A stretch of DNA of 63,737 nt, counting the filler, from Folioceros fuciformis (lineage: Eukaryota): assembly GCA_049999805.1 (NCBI GenBank). It is 9 parts of 9 records of this genome, joined end to end, with 100 filler letters (N's around TTAATTAATTAA, not from the genome) between each part and the next. Parts side by side here need not be neighbours in the genome. Positions count along the whole stretch, not along the records: positions 1 to 6,421 come from JBNGIO010003356.1; positions 6,522 to 13,098 come from JBNGIO010003358.1; 7 more parts are not named here. The stretch is one strand, 5' to 3'. The notes under the pieces were generated by a model. It was not told where the DNA came from, searched no databases, and worked only from the letters and a program-made list of their open reading frames with translations. Made by a program: the position numbers and the translations under genes. This document shows, in pieces, positions 1 through 11,461 of this stretch (position 1 is the stretch's first letter; each line of letters opens with the position of its first letter).

Positions 1-745
1 CGCTAGGGCGGAGGTGGCGCGCGCTGTACCGCCGATGCGAAATCGGACGGCGGGACTTCGCCGTCAAAGTAGCCGTTACAGTGTGACCGTTGGCAACGCG
101 TCGGAGTTGACGTCTCTCCCTGGCCAGCGCCAACATCGGTCGTCGCTAAATAGGAAAACTTTACTCCTCGACTATCCAGGCAAGCCGAACGTTGCGTTAA
201 TGTTTACATGATTCCTTTCAACTTTTTTATCCCACAACCGCTTTCGAATCTGTTTCTTTTTCTTTTTCTTTTATTTTCTTCAGAAAATAGAATCTGGATC
301 TGATGAGGGAACTTCAGCCAACGAGAGGTTTCAGAGTTTAGGGTTTCAATCAAGTACATGATGGGTAGTGTACTAAACACACTCCATTCAGTGAAGAGAA
401 AGTTATTTATTTGGGTGAGCTCCTACTATAATTACAGAGGTTGAGTGGGTTTATTCCGAAATCCCACTTCTTAATTTACTGCCTAGGACTACAAAAATTA
501 TGGCGGCATAAAATGGTGCTTGCCGCAAGCCAGGACGGAGACATAGCCAGACAGTCTCTTGTATATACAGCAGCAACACAAAGTGCAGCCGCAGCCATAC
601 CGAAGCCAGCAGCAGAGCCAGCAGCATGCGAGCAGGCAGCCAAGCGAAAGCAAAAGTGAAAGCAAAAAAGGGAACCGAAATGAAAAGGGCAAAAGGCAAG
701 GACGGGAGATGCTGAAGCTGCTGCGGTTGGGAAGACGAGTCTGAA

Positions 746-3700
746 TCAGCGTCGGGCAGTGAGATGCCGGCGAGATCGAGGCCCCGGTACAGCGCCAGGG
801 CCAGGACCCAGCCGGCAGTTGTGCACCTGGCGGGATCGGCCTCGGAGAAGGTGCTTTCTGGCCTCGAACAGGGCGCCAGAGTCGGGAATGCCGTTGCCGT
901 TGATGCCGTTGATGCCGGTAATGCCGTTGGCCGGGGGCAGAAGCTCCCCGAGATCCGAGTCCCGGGACACGGACATGGGCGGTCGCGGCAGGCTTGGATC
1001 GCGGATGCCCAGCCGCGCTAGCGTCCCGCCGTAGAAGTCCTTCCGGCGGTTGTGGGCGGATTTGAGCAGGTGCTGGGCCAGATCCTGATGNNNNNNNNNN
1101 NNNNNNNNNNNNNNNNNNNNNNNNNNNNNNNNNNNNNNNNNNNNNNNNNNNNNNNNNNNNNNNNNNNNNNNNNNNNNNNNNNNNNNNNNNCGTGGGGAGG
1201 AGAGACCGTGCCGGGCGCCGCCTGGGTGGGGGTGGAGGTGGCTCATGTCGCTGCTCCCGCTCAGGGAGCTAGACCAGCGATACGCCTCGTCCCGGTCCCG
1301 GGCATGGCGGTAGAAATCCCGCTCCGATTCCCGCTCCGTCGTCGTCTCCTCCTCCTCGCTGTTGTCGTCCCCGTCCATGTGAGAAGGCACGCCCTGGGCT
1401 GACACCCTCTGATACACCAGAACATCGTCCGTCTCGTCCTCGGAGAGGTTGATGCTCAGGTTCATGTCGGAGCCGTTGAAGCATTCCATGGAGTTGAGAG
1501 ACACCGTGACCGATAGGGGGCTAGCTTCGGCAAACTCCTCGAACATGGAGACGTCGATGACCTCGCACCCCCTGTCCACGGACTGTCGGCGGTGCTTGTC
1601 CTGGGGTCTGGGAGAGGCCCCGGTGGCGGAATCCGTGCCAGCCAGGCTCTCGATCTCGAAGAGATCGGAGCTGGATTCCCCGTCGTCCTCCGAGTCGTTC
1701 GCTTTCCCTGACGCTGCAGCTGCCGGTCTCCTGTAACGCTGGAGACGCTGCTGCTGCTGTTGCTGACAGCGTTGCTCCTGAGCTGCAGCGGCAGCGGCCC
1801 TGCCCTTGGGGTCGATGAAGGAGACGGTGTACCTCCCGGAGTAGGACCTGCTGGCTCCGTTTCTCTCCTTCTCCGAGCTGTAGAAGGTGGGAAGGCCGTA
1901 AGTGATGGTGCCCTGGAACGTCTTCCTCTGATCCTGCCCGGCCTTGTCACCTCCCCCGAAGACATCGCTGCGGGAGGGGGTGACGGGGTCGAGAGGGGAA
2001 CCGAAGGCAGAACCATAGCCCACCGTGCCCAGCCATTCTGGGAGCCCGTCCCCCGTGCTGCTGGTGGTGCGATTTCTGGGAAGTTGAGGTTGAGGAATTG
2101 GAGCCTCCTGTTCCACTTTCTCCGATCCATGGACATTTGACGGATTGAAGCCCATTTCGTCCATGTCTGCAATCACGAATTTCTCAACCTCTTCCTCGAT
2201 GGTGGATGACGGGCTACCCACTTCGTTGTAGGCGGTGGCGCCTGCGAGGGCGGCGGCCTTCCGGGACTCCACCAGCGAGGCCGCAGCCTCCTCCTCTCGG
2301 AAGCGGAGATCGTCCGTCATGACCGAGGACGTCCCTCGTCGAAGCTCCCAATTGTCGGGGCTGTCTGTGCCGTCGTCTGGACGTTGCTGCTGCTTCTTCA
2401 GGTGGGCTAGACTTGTGATTTGGTTCACCTTGCGCTGCACTTCTGCTTTCCTTGTGCTCTTGCTGTGGATGGGTGAGGCACCCAGAAACTGTTCGATCTC
2501 CTCCTCCATTACCCCCAAGGCTCCCAGTGCCCTCAGTCCTGATGCTGATGACTCCACCCCCATGGCCGACATTCGTCCGGAGGACAGGCTCCTCCGCAGA
2601 GTGGTGGGTTCTGACTCCGAGGAATGACTCCTGGAGCTTCGGTGGTCTGGAGAGAGTCTGTCGCAAAGAGGTGCCGTCTCCGAGCCCAGGCTCATGCCGT
2701 AACCTTCCTCTTGAATGATTCTGTCGGGGAAGGCTGCTGTGGAGGAGACACTCCACCTCTTCATCTCTTCAGACCGTCGACGCCTGGGCAACTCGGGCGG
2801 AATCCTGTCACAGTAAGGAGCAGGGTGCTCAGTGACGAGGACGTCACATAAGTCCTGTACAGACACATGCTCCGGGCTCTCCCTCCCTCTGCTGAAGCCA
2901 ACATCACGGTCTTCTCCTGATACTCCATAACCTGACTTCCGTGTTCCACGAGCCTCAGACCTGGAATGCGAGTGAGAAGCATGACCATGCCCATGATGAG
3001 GAGCTCCACCGAACACCTGATTTCTGGTCTCAACCGAGCTCATGCCTCTGCAACCGGACCTGCCGAACTGCCCTGCACAGTCAAGCATGACAGTTGGCGC
3101 ATGCCTCAACCTGTGATGACTGCCATTCACATTATGTTGTTCAGGAGCAGCCACTGGTCTGCCAGAGACTGATGACGCATCAGAGTCGTAATCCTGGACC
3201 ATGCTGAAGGCCGCCAGTGACTCGTACTTGAAAGACTCGCCGGAGTGTCTGCGGTTCTTGGCAGGGACAGGAATTTCCCTGGAAGCCGAAGGACGGTATG
3301 ACTCGCCCTTGTAGGCAGGCGGAGCTGGTCCGGGCATCCCACCGGGGAAGGTAAGAGGCACCCTCCCAGGCCTGCCAGTGGCCGGATACCAGGGTTCCTT
3401 GGAACTCGAGGGGACCGCTGCGTCACTAGCACTGGACTTCTTCAGGCATGACTTCAGATCCGAGTCTCTCACCATAACATTTGCATGTGACTCCAAGCTG
3501 TAACGACGCTTTCGGCCTACATCGTCCCCGAAAGTAAGATACCGTGGTCTGGCTTCCTCAAACGACCTGGATCTCGGCTCCCTAACAACATACCCCCAAG
3601 AAACCTTCATTGGGGGCTTGCCTGGACCACCTGGCCCTGCTTTCCTGGACTCATCCTTGAGAGTTGACAACCTGTGTGGCTCCGACTCCGAACCATTACC

Positions 3701-6421
3701 ATATCTCACTCCGGGGGAGGACAAGCTGATGGGCTGAGGATAACTGCTGGGCATCTTAGAGGAGCTGGCCTTCCAGGATTCGATAAATGCTGCCCTGTTG
3801 AATTTTCCGTCTTCTCGTTCTCTCTCAGCCTCTTCCCATATGGATTGGATTTCCTCCTTGCGCTTGTTGAAAGCCCTCTCTGTAGCCCAAACCTTCTCCT
3901 GCAGGCTTACAGGAATGCTGTCAGGCATCACAACCTTCTCCTTACCTTTTACTGCAGCCCCGTCACCCTGCTGTTTCTGTTTGCCGGGGAACAGCGAGTC
4001 CGCCACTACAGCTGCGTGCCCTTGCTGTTTGCATCTACCAGGGAACAGCAAGTCCTCAAACTCCTTGCCCTTGCCTTTCCACTTTCTGTCAGCCACCACC
4101 TCGGTCTCAGACTCTATTTCGGACCCTGCCACCTCCTTGGTTGAGGTCCTCGAGAATTCGGCTGACTTCCTCTGCAAGTTTCGGGTGATCTTCTCCCCAG
4201 CACCTGCCATGGCACCGCCAGAACCAGCACCAACATTTGCAACCTTACTTCTCAAAGCGGCATGCCGCAGCCGCAGCTGATCAGCAAACTCTTCTTTCGT
4301 CAGAGAATCCAGCAGGAAACCATGGGTATGCAGCTGTGCTTTGATGAACCGCTCTTCCATTCGGTCCATGATCTTAGACCTACGCTGCTCCTGTTCATCG
4401 CCTGCCTCAATCTCATGCACGGAGCCACCTGGTCCAGCAGACACCTTAGTGGCTGCTCCGGAGTCAGAAGCCCATGCCGAATCCTGGGCCCTGCCCGTAA
4501 ACATAACAGACTGCTGCTGAGAGACATCCTTTACCAAAGGATCTGCTCCATCCGTCGTCTTCTCAGCAGCCTGGTCAGCCGATCCTGGCACAAGGTCAGA
4601 CTCGAGGGACAGGAAGGGAACCTGCCACTGGCCCACCTCAGGGGTGCTACCACCTGCTTGCGCCTGCGTCTCGAACAACCTCGGAAAGGTGAGGGATGCA
4701 TCATTCTCCTCTCTGAAACCAAAAGCATCTCGAGCAGCAGCCATGGCTGCAGCCTCCGCATATGTCTTGGCAACATTTTCGAACTGCTGGCTGAACTCCT
4801 GCAAAGTGAGATCGTCCAGGCTACCACTCAAGGTTGTAGTAGCGGCCATCCCAGACCCCGTCAGAAAGGATGAGAAGGACACATCTCCGTACAGAACCTG
4901 ATTCAGAAGCTGCTGCCTGTTAGTGGCGCTACCGCCACTGCCACTGCTACCCCCGGAATCCGCTGGCGCTGCTGCAGAAGAGGCGGGCACATCAGGGACA
5001 CACATCCCGAAGCTGATGTTCCTCATATGGTGACCCTGATCGGTGGATAAAGCAGCTGGAGCATCATCAACTTCCAGGGAGGTATCAGCCTCAGGGGCGG
5101 ACTCCTCGACAGGAGACGATGAGAACTCCTCCTGAAGCCCTTCTGCCTGCCCATTCTCCAAGATCTGCCCCTCGGTGCTGCTCATGGAATCTTGGCCCTC
5201 CCTGCCGTCCAGCTCAAAGTCTTCTCCTCCACCAAGGGAGTGGTTGCCATCAGGAGTGGCGAGTTCCATGTCCACCTCCTCCTGGATCCCACTTCTGGCA
5301 GTAGGAGATGCAAAGGTAGAGCTCAGATTCTCATCGCCGGAAACAGTTGCAGCGGCAGCAGGAGTGGGAGAAGGGGAAGGGGCAATTTCAGGATGAGGAA
5401 GGGGAACAGCAGCAGGCTCTTCCAACACGACACTGGGAAGGGGAGTCACCAACTCGGCAGGCTGGTGCTGCTGCTTTTGCTGCATCCTGGGTTGCTGGAG
5501 GCGGGAGCGAGAGGAAGGATGTGGAGGCTTCCTCCTCATCTCAAACACCCCCGCCGTGAGCTCCAGAAACTCAACACTGGAATCCATCTCCCCCCCGGAC
5601 TGGTCCAGTCCGAATTCGCTGAACTCCTCCAACTCCTCCCGCGACTCAGTATCCGTACTGGCCCGGCCGCACTGCCCGCATGTGGTCCGCTTGAACCTGG
5701 TGCTGCAGCGGTCGCAGCTGGCGAGCATAGCGGCCCCACACACCCCGCAATTGATCTTCCCCGCCTCGATCTGCAGCGAGCTGGCTAGCCTGGTGGAACC
5801 ACACGCCCCGCAGCTGAGCGGCCTCCCAAACCTGCACTCCCCGCACCGGGGAATCCTGTTGTCACACATGGGGCAGACGGAGAGCTTGTGCGAGCCACAG
5901 TCCCGGCACTTGGCGAGCTTCCTGGACCCGCAGTCGGTGCAGCAGATGCAGTGCTTCTTACTGTGGCTGTCGCTGAATGTGAGAATGTTGGTGGCCGCCA
6001 GCCGCTGCGACGAGCTGAGCTCCGCAGAGTAGACGGTCCTCCCACTCCCAGCCCCCACCGACTGCTGCGAGCCCTTCCCAGCCCTCCCCTGCTCCTGCTC
6101 GTGATCCTGATCCGGACCCTCCACCGTGCTCGGCCCCTGCAACTGCATCCCCCGGGTCTGCCTCGACCGATTGAGCAGCGCGTTCAACGTCCCCGTATCA
6201 CCCACATCCGCAGAAAAGCGGGGCGAACCTCCCGCCAGCCTGAAATCCCCTGACGCCAGCGACACCCGCGGCGAGTCCAGCGCAATACTGGACATCCTTG
6301 GCGACTCCAGCAGAAACTGAACCCCGGTGGACGTGCCCCCAGACCTGAAGCTCGAAAGCCGCAGAATCCCGCTGTAGTAGTACTGCGGGCTCACCATGTC
6401 CGGGGTGACGTAGGCGCCGTC
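746..6421 (-). CDS. Large, mostly disordered protein with an N-terminal CxxC zinc-ribbon array and a C-terminal PKS/BIG GRAIN-type SSSDLFEIE motif; probably 5'-truncated
   Basis: Open frame of ~1890 codons. It stays open upstream of the ATG at 6397 to the scaffold edge (DGAYVTPD). Eight CxxC pairs lie at ~5667-5953 and DDGESSSDLFEIESL at ~1644-1688. The frame across the N gap at 1091-1190 is not verified. Confidence 0.75.
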   Translation of the reverse strand, partial: DGAYVTPDMVSPQYYYSGILRLSSFRSGGTSTGVQFLLESPRMSSIALDSPRVSLASGDFRLAGGSPRFSADVGDTGTLNALLNRSRQTRGMQLQGPSTVEGPDQDHEQEQGRAGKGSQQSVGAGSGRTVYSAELSSSQRLAATNILTFSDSHSKKHCICCTDCGSRKLAKCRDCGSHKLSVCPMCDNRIPRCGECRFGRPLSCGACGSTRLASSLQIEAGKINCGVCGAAMLASCDRCSTRFKRTTCGQCGRASTDTESREELEEFSEFGLDQSGGEMDSSVEFLELTAGVFEMRRKPPHPSSRSRLQQPRMQQKQQHQPAELVTPLPSVVLEEPAAVPLPHPEIAPSPSPTPAAAATVSGDENLSSTFASPTARSGIQEEVDMELATPDGNHSLGGGEDFELDGREGQDSMSSTEGQILENGQAEGLQEEFSSSPVEESAPEADTSLEVDDAPAALSTDQGHHMRNISFGMCVPDVPASSAAAPADSGGSSGSGGSATNRQQLLNQVLYGDVSFSSFLTGSGMAATTTLSGSLDDLTLQEFSQQFENVAKTYAEAAAMAAARDAFGFREENDASLTFPRLFETQAQAGGSTPEVGQWQVPFLSLESDLVPGSADQAAEKTTDGADPLVKDVSQQQSVMFTGRAQDSAWASDSGAATKVSAGPGGSVHEIEAGDEQEQRRSKIMDRMEERFIKAQLHTHGFLLDSLTKEEFADQLRLRHAALRSKVANVGAGSGGAMAGAGEKITRNLQRKSAEFSRTSTKEVAGSEIESETEVVADRKWKGKGKEFEDLLFPGRCKQQGHAAVVADSLFPGKQKQQGDGAAVKGKEKVVMPDSIPVSLQEKVWATERAFNKRKEEIQSIWEEAEREREDGKFNRAAFIESWKASSSKMPSSYPQPISLSSPGVRYGNGSESEPHRLSTLKDESRKAGPGGPGKPPMKVSWGYVVREPRSRSFEEARPRYLTFGDDVGRKRRYSLESHANVMVRDSDLKSCLKKSSASDAAVPSSSKEPWYPATGRPGRVPLTFPGGMPGPAPPAYKGESYRPSASREIPVPAKNRRHSGESFKYESLAAFSMVQDYDSDASSVSGRPVAAPEQHNVNGSHHRLRHAPTVMLDCAGQFGRSGCRGMSSVETRNQVFGGAPHHGHGHASHSHSRSEARGTRKSGYGVSGEDRDVGFSRGRESPEHVSVQDLCDVLVTEHPAPYCDRIPPELPRRRRSEEMKRWSVSSTAAFPDRIIQEEGYGMSLGSETAPLCDRLSPDHRSSRSHSSESEPTTLRRSLSSGRMSAMGVESSASGLRALGALGVMEEEIEQFLGASPIHSKSTRKAEVQRKVNQITSLAHLKKQQQRPDDGTDSPDNWELRRGTSSVMTDDLRFREEEAAASLVESRKAAALAGATAYNEVGSPSSTIEEEVEKFVIADMDEMGFNPSNVHGSEKVEQEAPIPQPQLPRNRTTSSTGDGLPEWLGTVGYGSAFGSPLDPVTPSRSDVFGGGDKAGQDQRKTFQGTITYGLPTFYSSEKERNGASRSYSGRYTVSFIDPKGRAAAAAAQEQRCQQQQQQRLQRYRRPAAAASGKANDSEDDGESSSDLFEIESLAGTDSATGASPRPQDKHRRQSVDRGCEVIDVSMFEEFAEASPLSVTVSLNSMECFNGSDMNLSINLSEDETDDVLVYQRVSAQGVPSHMDGDDNSEEEETTTERESERDFYRHARDRDEAYRWSSSLSGSSDMSHLHPHPGGARHGLSSPXXXXXXXXXXXXXXXXXXXXXXXXXXXXXXXXXXHQDLAQHLLKSAHNRRKDFYGGTLARLGIRDPSLPRPPMSVSRDSDLGELLPPANGITGINGINGNGIPDSGALFEARKHLLRGRSRQVHNCRLGPGPGAVPGPRSRRHLTARR

Positions 6422-6521
6422 NNNNNNNNNNNNNNNNNNNNNNNNNNNNNNNNNNNNNNNNNNNNTTAATTAATTAANNNNNNNNNNNNNNNNNNNNNNN
6501 NNNNNNNNNNNNNNNNNNNNN
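6422..6521. other. Artificial scaffold spacer (N44-TTAATTAATTAA-N44); identical spacers at 13099-13198, 14969-15068, 23728-23827, 33926-34025, 38533-38632, 58539-58638 and 62185-62284
   Basis: An identical 100-bp block with a palindromic all-frame stop linker occurs eight times. Confidence 0.97.
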
Positions 6522-7363
6522 GCTTCTGACAAGCTGAGGCTGGTTTTCGAGGCAGCAGCAGAGTGAGGACAGGCGGGAGGGTGCACAGCTAGCACCCAAC
6601 TTTTGTGAGCTGTTGCCTTTGAGTGGCGTATGGCATGCCAAAGAGGACAGAGACTGTCTGCACTCTTTCTTTCGCAGGAAGAATATCCTGGAAGATACCC
6701 CAGGAGAAATGAATATAATATGTGGGGGAGAGAGAGTGGTCGGTTTGGTATGCTTTAGTGGCACATTCAGCCTTCTAATACGACAGCTAACAAACTTGCT
6801 TGCTTGCTTGTGTGTGTGTGTGTGCGTGCCTTGCAAGCCTGCTTCAGCCCGCGTCTTTGCCTCGGAAACGAGGAAAGACAGAGTTCAAATTTGGGCAAAC
6901 CCAGACAGACACCCTGTAAACTTGATGCTGCCGCTGCCGGCCACTGCTGCCGGGCCACCTCAGGTGAGTGTGAGTGAGTGAGTGAGTGAGTTACGTAACG
7001 GCCGTAGTGGCGTCGGGGTAGGGATGGGATGCTGCTACGGTGCAGGCCAGGCCAGTCGAGGCCGTTAGTTCAGTGAACCTAGGTAGGTGGTTGTTGAGAG
7101 GAGGAAAGCCAGCACAAAACCATATCCGCATTTCCAGCAGTCAACTTCACAAGGAGTCAGCACAACATGATAGGGTACAGATTTTCACGCCCCGCAAAGC
7201 AGATTTTAAACCAACCGGCCGGGCCAGCCACAGCCAGCCTTACCATTACAGTACCACACTCAAGACCCTCCCTGCCAGCATGTTGTGCACTCACCATTCC
7301 TTACCTTACCTTACCAGCACCAGCACCAGGCGGAGGAAGCGTAATGTCGTGTGGGCTGGGCAT

Positions 7364-7480
7364 GAAAGAAAGAAACAAGGAAGGAAAGAAAGAAGGAAAG
7401 AAAGACAGAAGGAAGGAAAGCAAGAAAGAAAGAAATGCAAGAAAGAAAGAAACGCAAGAAAGAAAGAATGATAAAAAAGG
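7364..7480. repeat. Purine-rich GAAA/GAAG low-complexity microsatellite; (GT)n at ~6809-6825 and (GAGT)n at ~6964-6990 nearby
   Basis: Directly visible simple repeats. Confidence 0.85.
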
Positions 7481-8109
7481 CAAGCGCACCCGCACCCGCA
7501 CTCGCTTCGGCAGTTGGAAGTAAGTACTAGCAAGTCGAGAGATCCATGAGATCCAAGGCCCTCGACAACAGCAAGAAACTCATGCCCAAGCGATTAGCGC
7601 ACACCAGCCAGCCAGCTGGAGTCCACAAAACCACTATCCACGGCAGAAGCAAACCCTCGTTTACACACAACATTCACACTTTTCTTTTTTCCATGTCACA
7701 CACCTCCGACAGCAGTCACACATTGTTGAATGGCACTAGTGACCTGGTCTACTTTGATCGACACTCTGCGTAGGAGTGTGGAGGGATAGGATTGGATGGG
7801 TGTTTGACACTGCCTGCCATACCCCATCCGAGACATAGCATAAATACCAACTTACAAGGGTGCAGCAGAGTCACCAATTAACAAGTATTCACAGGAGCAA
7901 GTTCTGTTGAGAGTCCCTTATTCCTACCTAGTACCTGCGCAGGCTATCGAGGCTGATTGTTGCACTGTAACTGTACTCTAACCACTGACCAACTCAACAA
8001 TCACACCAATAGTCCCTATTATCTGCAATCCTAGCTCAACCTAGTCAAAACCACATAGCTACCGCAAACGACTCGACTATTTTACTGGAAAAACTGCGTC
8101 TATGAAAGC

Positions 8110-9423
8110 TCACCCAGCTTTTCTTGGCAAGGAAGGAGCAACAGAGCCGAAAAAATCATGGTGAGAATTCAGAGACTGTAATTCGGAAGGGAAGGAATGG
8201 AAAGGCGGCGTGCAGCTCGTCGCGTGGGCTGCAGCCATGTACTTCTGAACCTCCTTAGCAACCATGTCCTTCATCACAGCGAACAGACCTGCATGCACTG
8301 CGTCCAGGCCAGATCCTGGATTGGGCCATGGCACCTGTACTTGGGGCTGAAACATGGGCGCCAGGACATGGGCCACAGCTGTTTTGACAGCAACATTCAT
8401 GAAATCAGTGGCGGCGTCCACTACCTTGGGATAAGGGGCAGGAGCCTCAGGCTGCACAGCAGAAGCTGGTGGAGGAGGTGGCGGCGGCGAGCTGAGCATG
8501 CTCACAGGGCAGGTCGGAGGCGGCATCGACGAAGATTCACGGGGCTCTGGGATGGAGGCCGGTCCCCAGCAAGCTCCGACTCCAAAATCTTTCCTCTGCT
8601 CTGGAGGAGTTTGAACGCGCAAAGGCGGGTGTGTGGACTGCTGCGAGACTGTGGAGAGGTGAGACAACTCCCCGTCGTTCCTGCTCCTGCTGCTCCCCGG
8701 GAGCGAAAGGCTCAAAGAGGTGGGAGGATCCGTACTGGAACTGGACGTCTCGGACGCCGGCTGCTTGCCCACAGCAACACTTGGGCCGTAGGAGGTGAAG
8801 GCCGATGGGCGAGGAACCGGCCGGAAAACTTGCGGAGTCAAGACCGTGGTAGGATCACTGTGGTCGGAGGCCGTAGGGGAGCCAGGCCCAAAATTGAGCT
8901 TCTTCAATCTCCGGGAGTCCACTTCCCAACCGTTGTCTTCTTGCAAGCTACCATCATTGGACATTTCGTTGCTGCTCCTCTTCCTCCCGTCCACACTGCA
9001 AATCTCGTCATCATCCCGGGAGATTTTGCACACGTAACTGTTCTCTTCCTCAGCCCTGGACTTCTCGTACCTTCGCCGCAGCGTCGAATTCCAATGGTTC
9101 TTTATCGCATTGTCGGTCCGGCCCGGCAACAACCGCGCAATTGTGGCCCACTTATTACCGTGCCGGGCGTGAGCCTCGATGATGGCCAGGTCCTCCGAAG
9201 GCGTGAAGGGACGGTGCTGCACCTGAGGGCTGAGCTGGTTGCACCACCTGAGGCGGCACGACTTGCCGGAGCGCCCAGGGATCCCCTTACTTATGAGAGA
9301 CCAATTGCGGGGGCCATACTTATCCACCAGCTTCTGCAGAGCACTGTCTTCCTCAGGGCTCCACGGTCCTTTTATTCGGTCGTTTTCCTCTGACAGATTA
9401 GACCGTTGTGTCGCTAATGCCAT
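8110..9423 (-). CDS. R2R3-MYB transcription factor, subgroup 22 (MYB44/MYB73/MYB77-like), coding region intronless
   Basis: R2 (KGPWSPEED...[14 protein letters not shown]) and R3 ([29 protein letters not shown]) repeats, the [12 protein letters not shown] LxLxL motif and the C-terminal [19 protein letters not shown]22 motif. ATG at 9423; a CAG acceptor at 9443 suggests a 5'UTR intron. Confidence 0.95.
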   Translation of the reverse strand: MALATQRSNLSEENDRIKGPWSPEEDSALQKLVDKYGPRNWSLISKGIPGRSGKSCRLRWCNQLSPQVQHRPFTPSEDLAIIEAHARHGNKWATIARLLPGRTDNAIKNHWNSTLRRRYEKSRAEEENSYVCKISRDDDEICSVDGRKRSSNEMSNDGSLQEDNGWEVDSRRLKKLNFGPGSPTASDHSDPTTVLTPQVFRPVPRPSAFTSYGPSVAVGKQPASETSSSSTDPPTSLSLSLPGSSRSRNDGELSHLSTVSQQSTHPPLRVQTPPEQRKDFGVGACWGPASIPEPRESSSMPPPTCPVSMLSSPPPPPPPASAVQPEAPAPYPKVVDAATDFMNVAVKTAVAHVLAPMFQPQVQVPWPNPGSGLDAVHAGLFAVMKDMVAKEVQKYMAAAHATSCTPPFHSFPSELQSLNSHHDFFGSVAPSLPRKAG

Positions 9424-11425
9424 GCTAAAGGCACTTCCCAATCTGTAGCATGCAAGTCAAAGACGGAGAAGCCCACCCTCTCTACTCAACGTTCCCTAGA
9501 CCGCTACCCACGGCGCGGTGTGCCCGTCGAAAATCATAGAACGATAGAAGCAGCACAGAAGGAAGCTGGAAGTACAACCAAGCCGCATGCACACCACGGA
9601 GGAGGCCTCCATGTGCAGACCGACCGGACACCTCCAAAGAACCGGCTCTCCCACACGGACACAATTGCCGTGCAATCGCCTTCTCACCCAACAATAGGCC
9701 AGCCAATTGCTAGACCAAGTCAATTCCCGGACGCAGACTGTAGGACAGACAATTCCAGACGCCTGCACGCAAGATGTGAGCTGCGCCAGACAAACAAGAG
9801 CAGAACGCGCGGACCAGAGTCAAAGCAAATGACTCCCTCTTTCTCCCTAACCCTCCACCTTGCCCCTCCCCTACCTCCTAACACTCACACCCTCACCGCC
9901 GCACCCACACGGAGCCAGCGCTGCGGCGGGAAGCCCTAGAGAAGAAAGATCCGAAAGCAGCCGCACACCAAGAAACGGGACACCGCACAACAAGCAGCAG
10001 CGGCGGGCAGTAGAGGATTAGCCCGCAGATCCAGATAGCGGCCACAAATTTCCCCGCTTCAACGCTTAGCAAAAGAGCGGAAGCAGAGTCGCATGCTCAA
10101 CGGCCACGGCTCTCCCCAAGAATCCGTCCTGAAGGCGCCTGCCTTGCTCAGGACACACCTTCACACAACCCTGTGTCACCCGCGAGGAAAGCCACACCAG
10201 AAGCACCACAGCAAGAGAAGCAAAACCGCAACTCCGATACTCGGAAAAATCTCCACAGACCAGCGCTCCTAAGAGCCAAAACCAAAGATCCCTGCGAGTG
10301 GGAAGGGGNNNNNNNNNNNNNNNNNNNNNNNNNNNNNNNNNNNNNNNNNNNNNNNNNNNNNNNNNNNNNNNNNNNNNNNNNNNNNNNNNNNNNNNNNNNN
10401 NNNNNNNNAGCGCGGTAGAGAGAAGATGGGGCGAAGGCCAGAGGGAGTATGGGATGCGGAGCGGCCTCGTCCTGCTCCCTGTTTGAACAGGAAGGTGTAT
10501 GACCAAAGCATGGCAAACACGTAACGGGCCGTTGTACCCGGTGATTTTGGAGGAGGGTGGGAGGTTTTTTTTTTTTTTTTGGCGGGCAACCCAGGATCCG
10601 GATGCCATACATGATGGCGGGCGTCAGAAATGATGCCCGCATGGCCCATGCGAGGGGCATGCATGACGTATGAGGTCCCACGCGGCCGTTGGAACTGATT
10701 GCCGGAATCCTGTGGTTCCTTTCGCCGAAACAGGACCCAGCTGGCAACCGGCGGTAGCGGGTGTCTGCCGGGATTCACCCGCATATGCCCCCCATCCAGC
10801 GTCTTGAAGTTTGCGAAGATGAGGCCACGGATCTTGGGTCATGCAGGTTGCAAGTGCAAGTGAAGCCATATGTTAGGTTCATTGGACCAGAATTGGGCAG
10901 TCAAGGGATTGGAATGCTGTTATGAATCTAACCCTTGGGCTGGGTGGCTTACGTCAATGCATATGGGTAGGGCTGCTTGTTTGTGGAATGTGTGGAACAT
11001 TCATCCATTTGTCTTCTTCCCTTTCTCACCCAGCCCATTTATTACAAAGCATAAAGCATATGTGGCATATGAATTGTGTACCACAAGATAACACTGAAAG
11101 GAGTTCTTTTTGGAGGAGAGGATAGGATTTCAAACTATTTATTTCCCTGTGTGGATAAGTTTCCTTTCCTTTTCTTTCCTCCATGGAATAAAATCCTTTG
11201 CTTTCCTTTCCTCCATAGAGTACAATAATTTATGGTACACAACAAGAGAAGAGACGTAACAAAGTGAAAGACAAACTTGTCATGTACAAAAACATATAAA
11301 GTAAATAATTTATGGTACACAATACGAGACATGTAACAAAGTGAAAGACAAACTTGTTATGTATTAAAACAAAACACACATAGCACTACTATTGAATTCC
11401 AACCAGCCAAGCTACGTGTGATGCA

Positions 11426-11461
11426 AGGAAGGAAGGAAGGAAGGAAGGAAGGAAGGAAGGA
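11426..11461. repeat. (GAAG)n microsatellite
   Basis: About 9 tandem copies visible. Confidence 0.9.

Noticed and set aside
6466-6477. Recurrent TTAATTAATTAA palindrome and ORFs ending in ...LIN
   Set aside because: Artificial scaffold linker; adjacency across these spacers has no biological meaning.
8197-9393. 398-aa plus-strand ORF
   Set aside because: Antisense shadow of the GC-rich MYB CDS; no recognisable domain.
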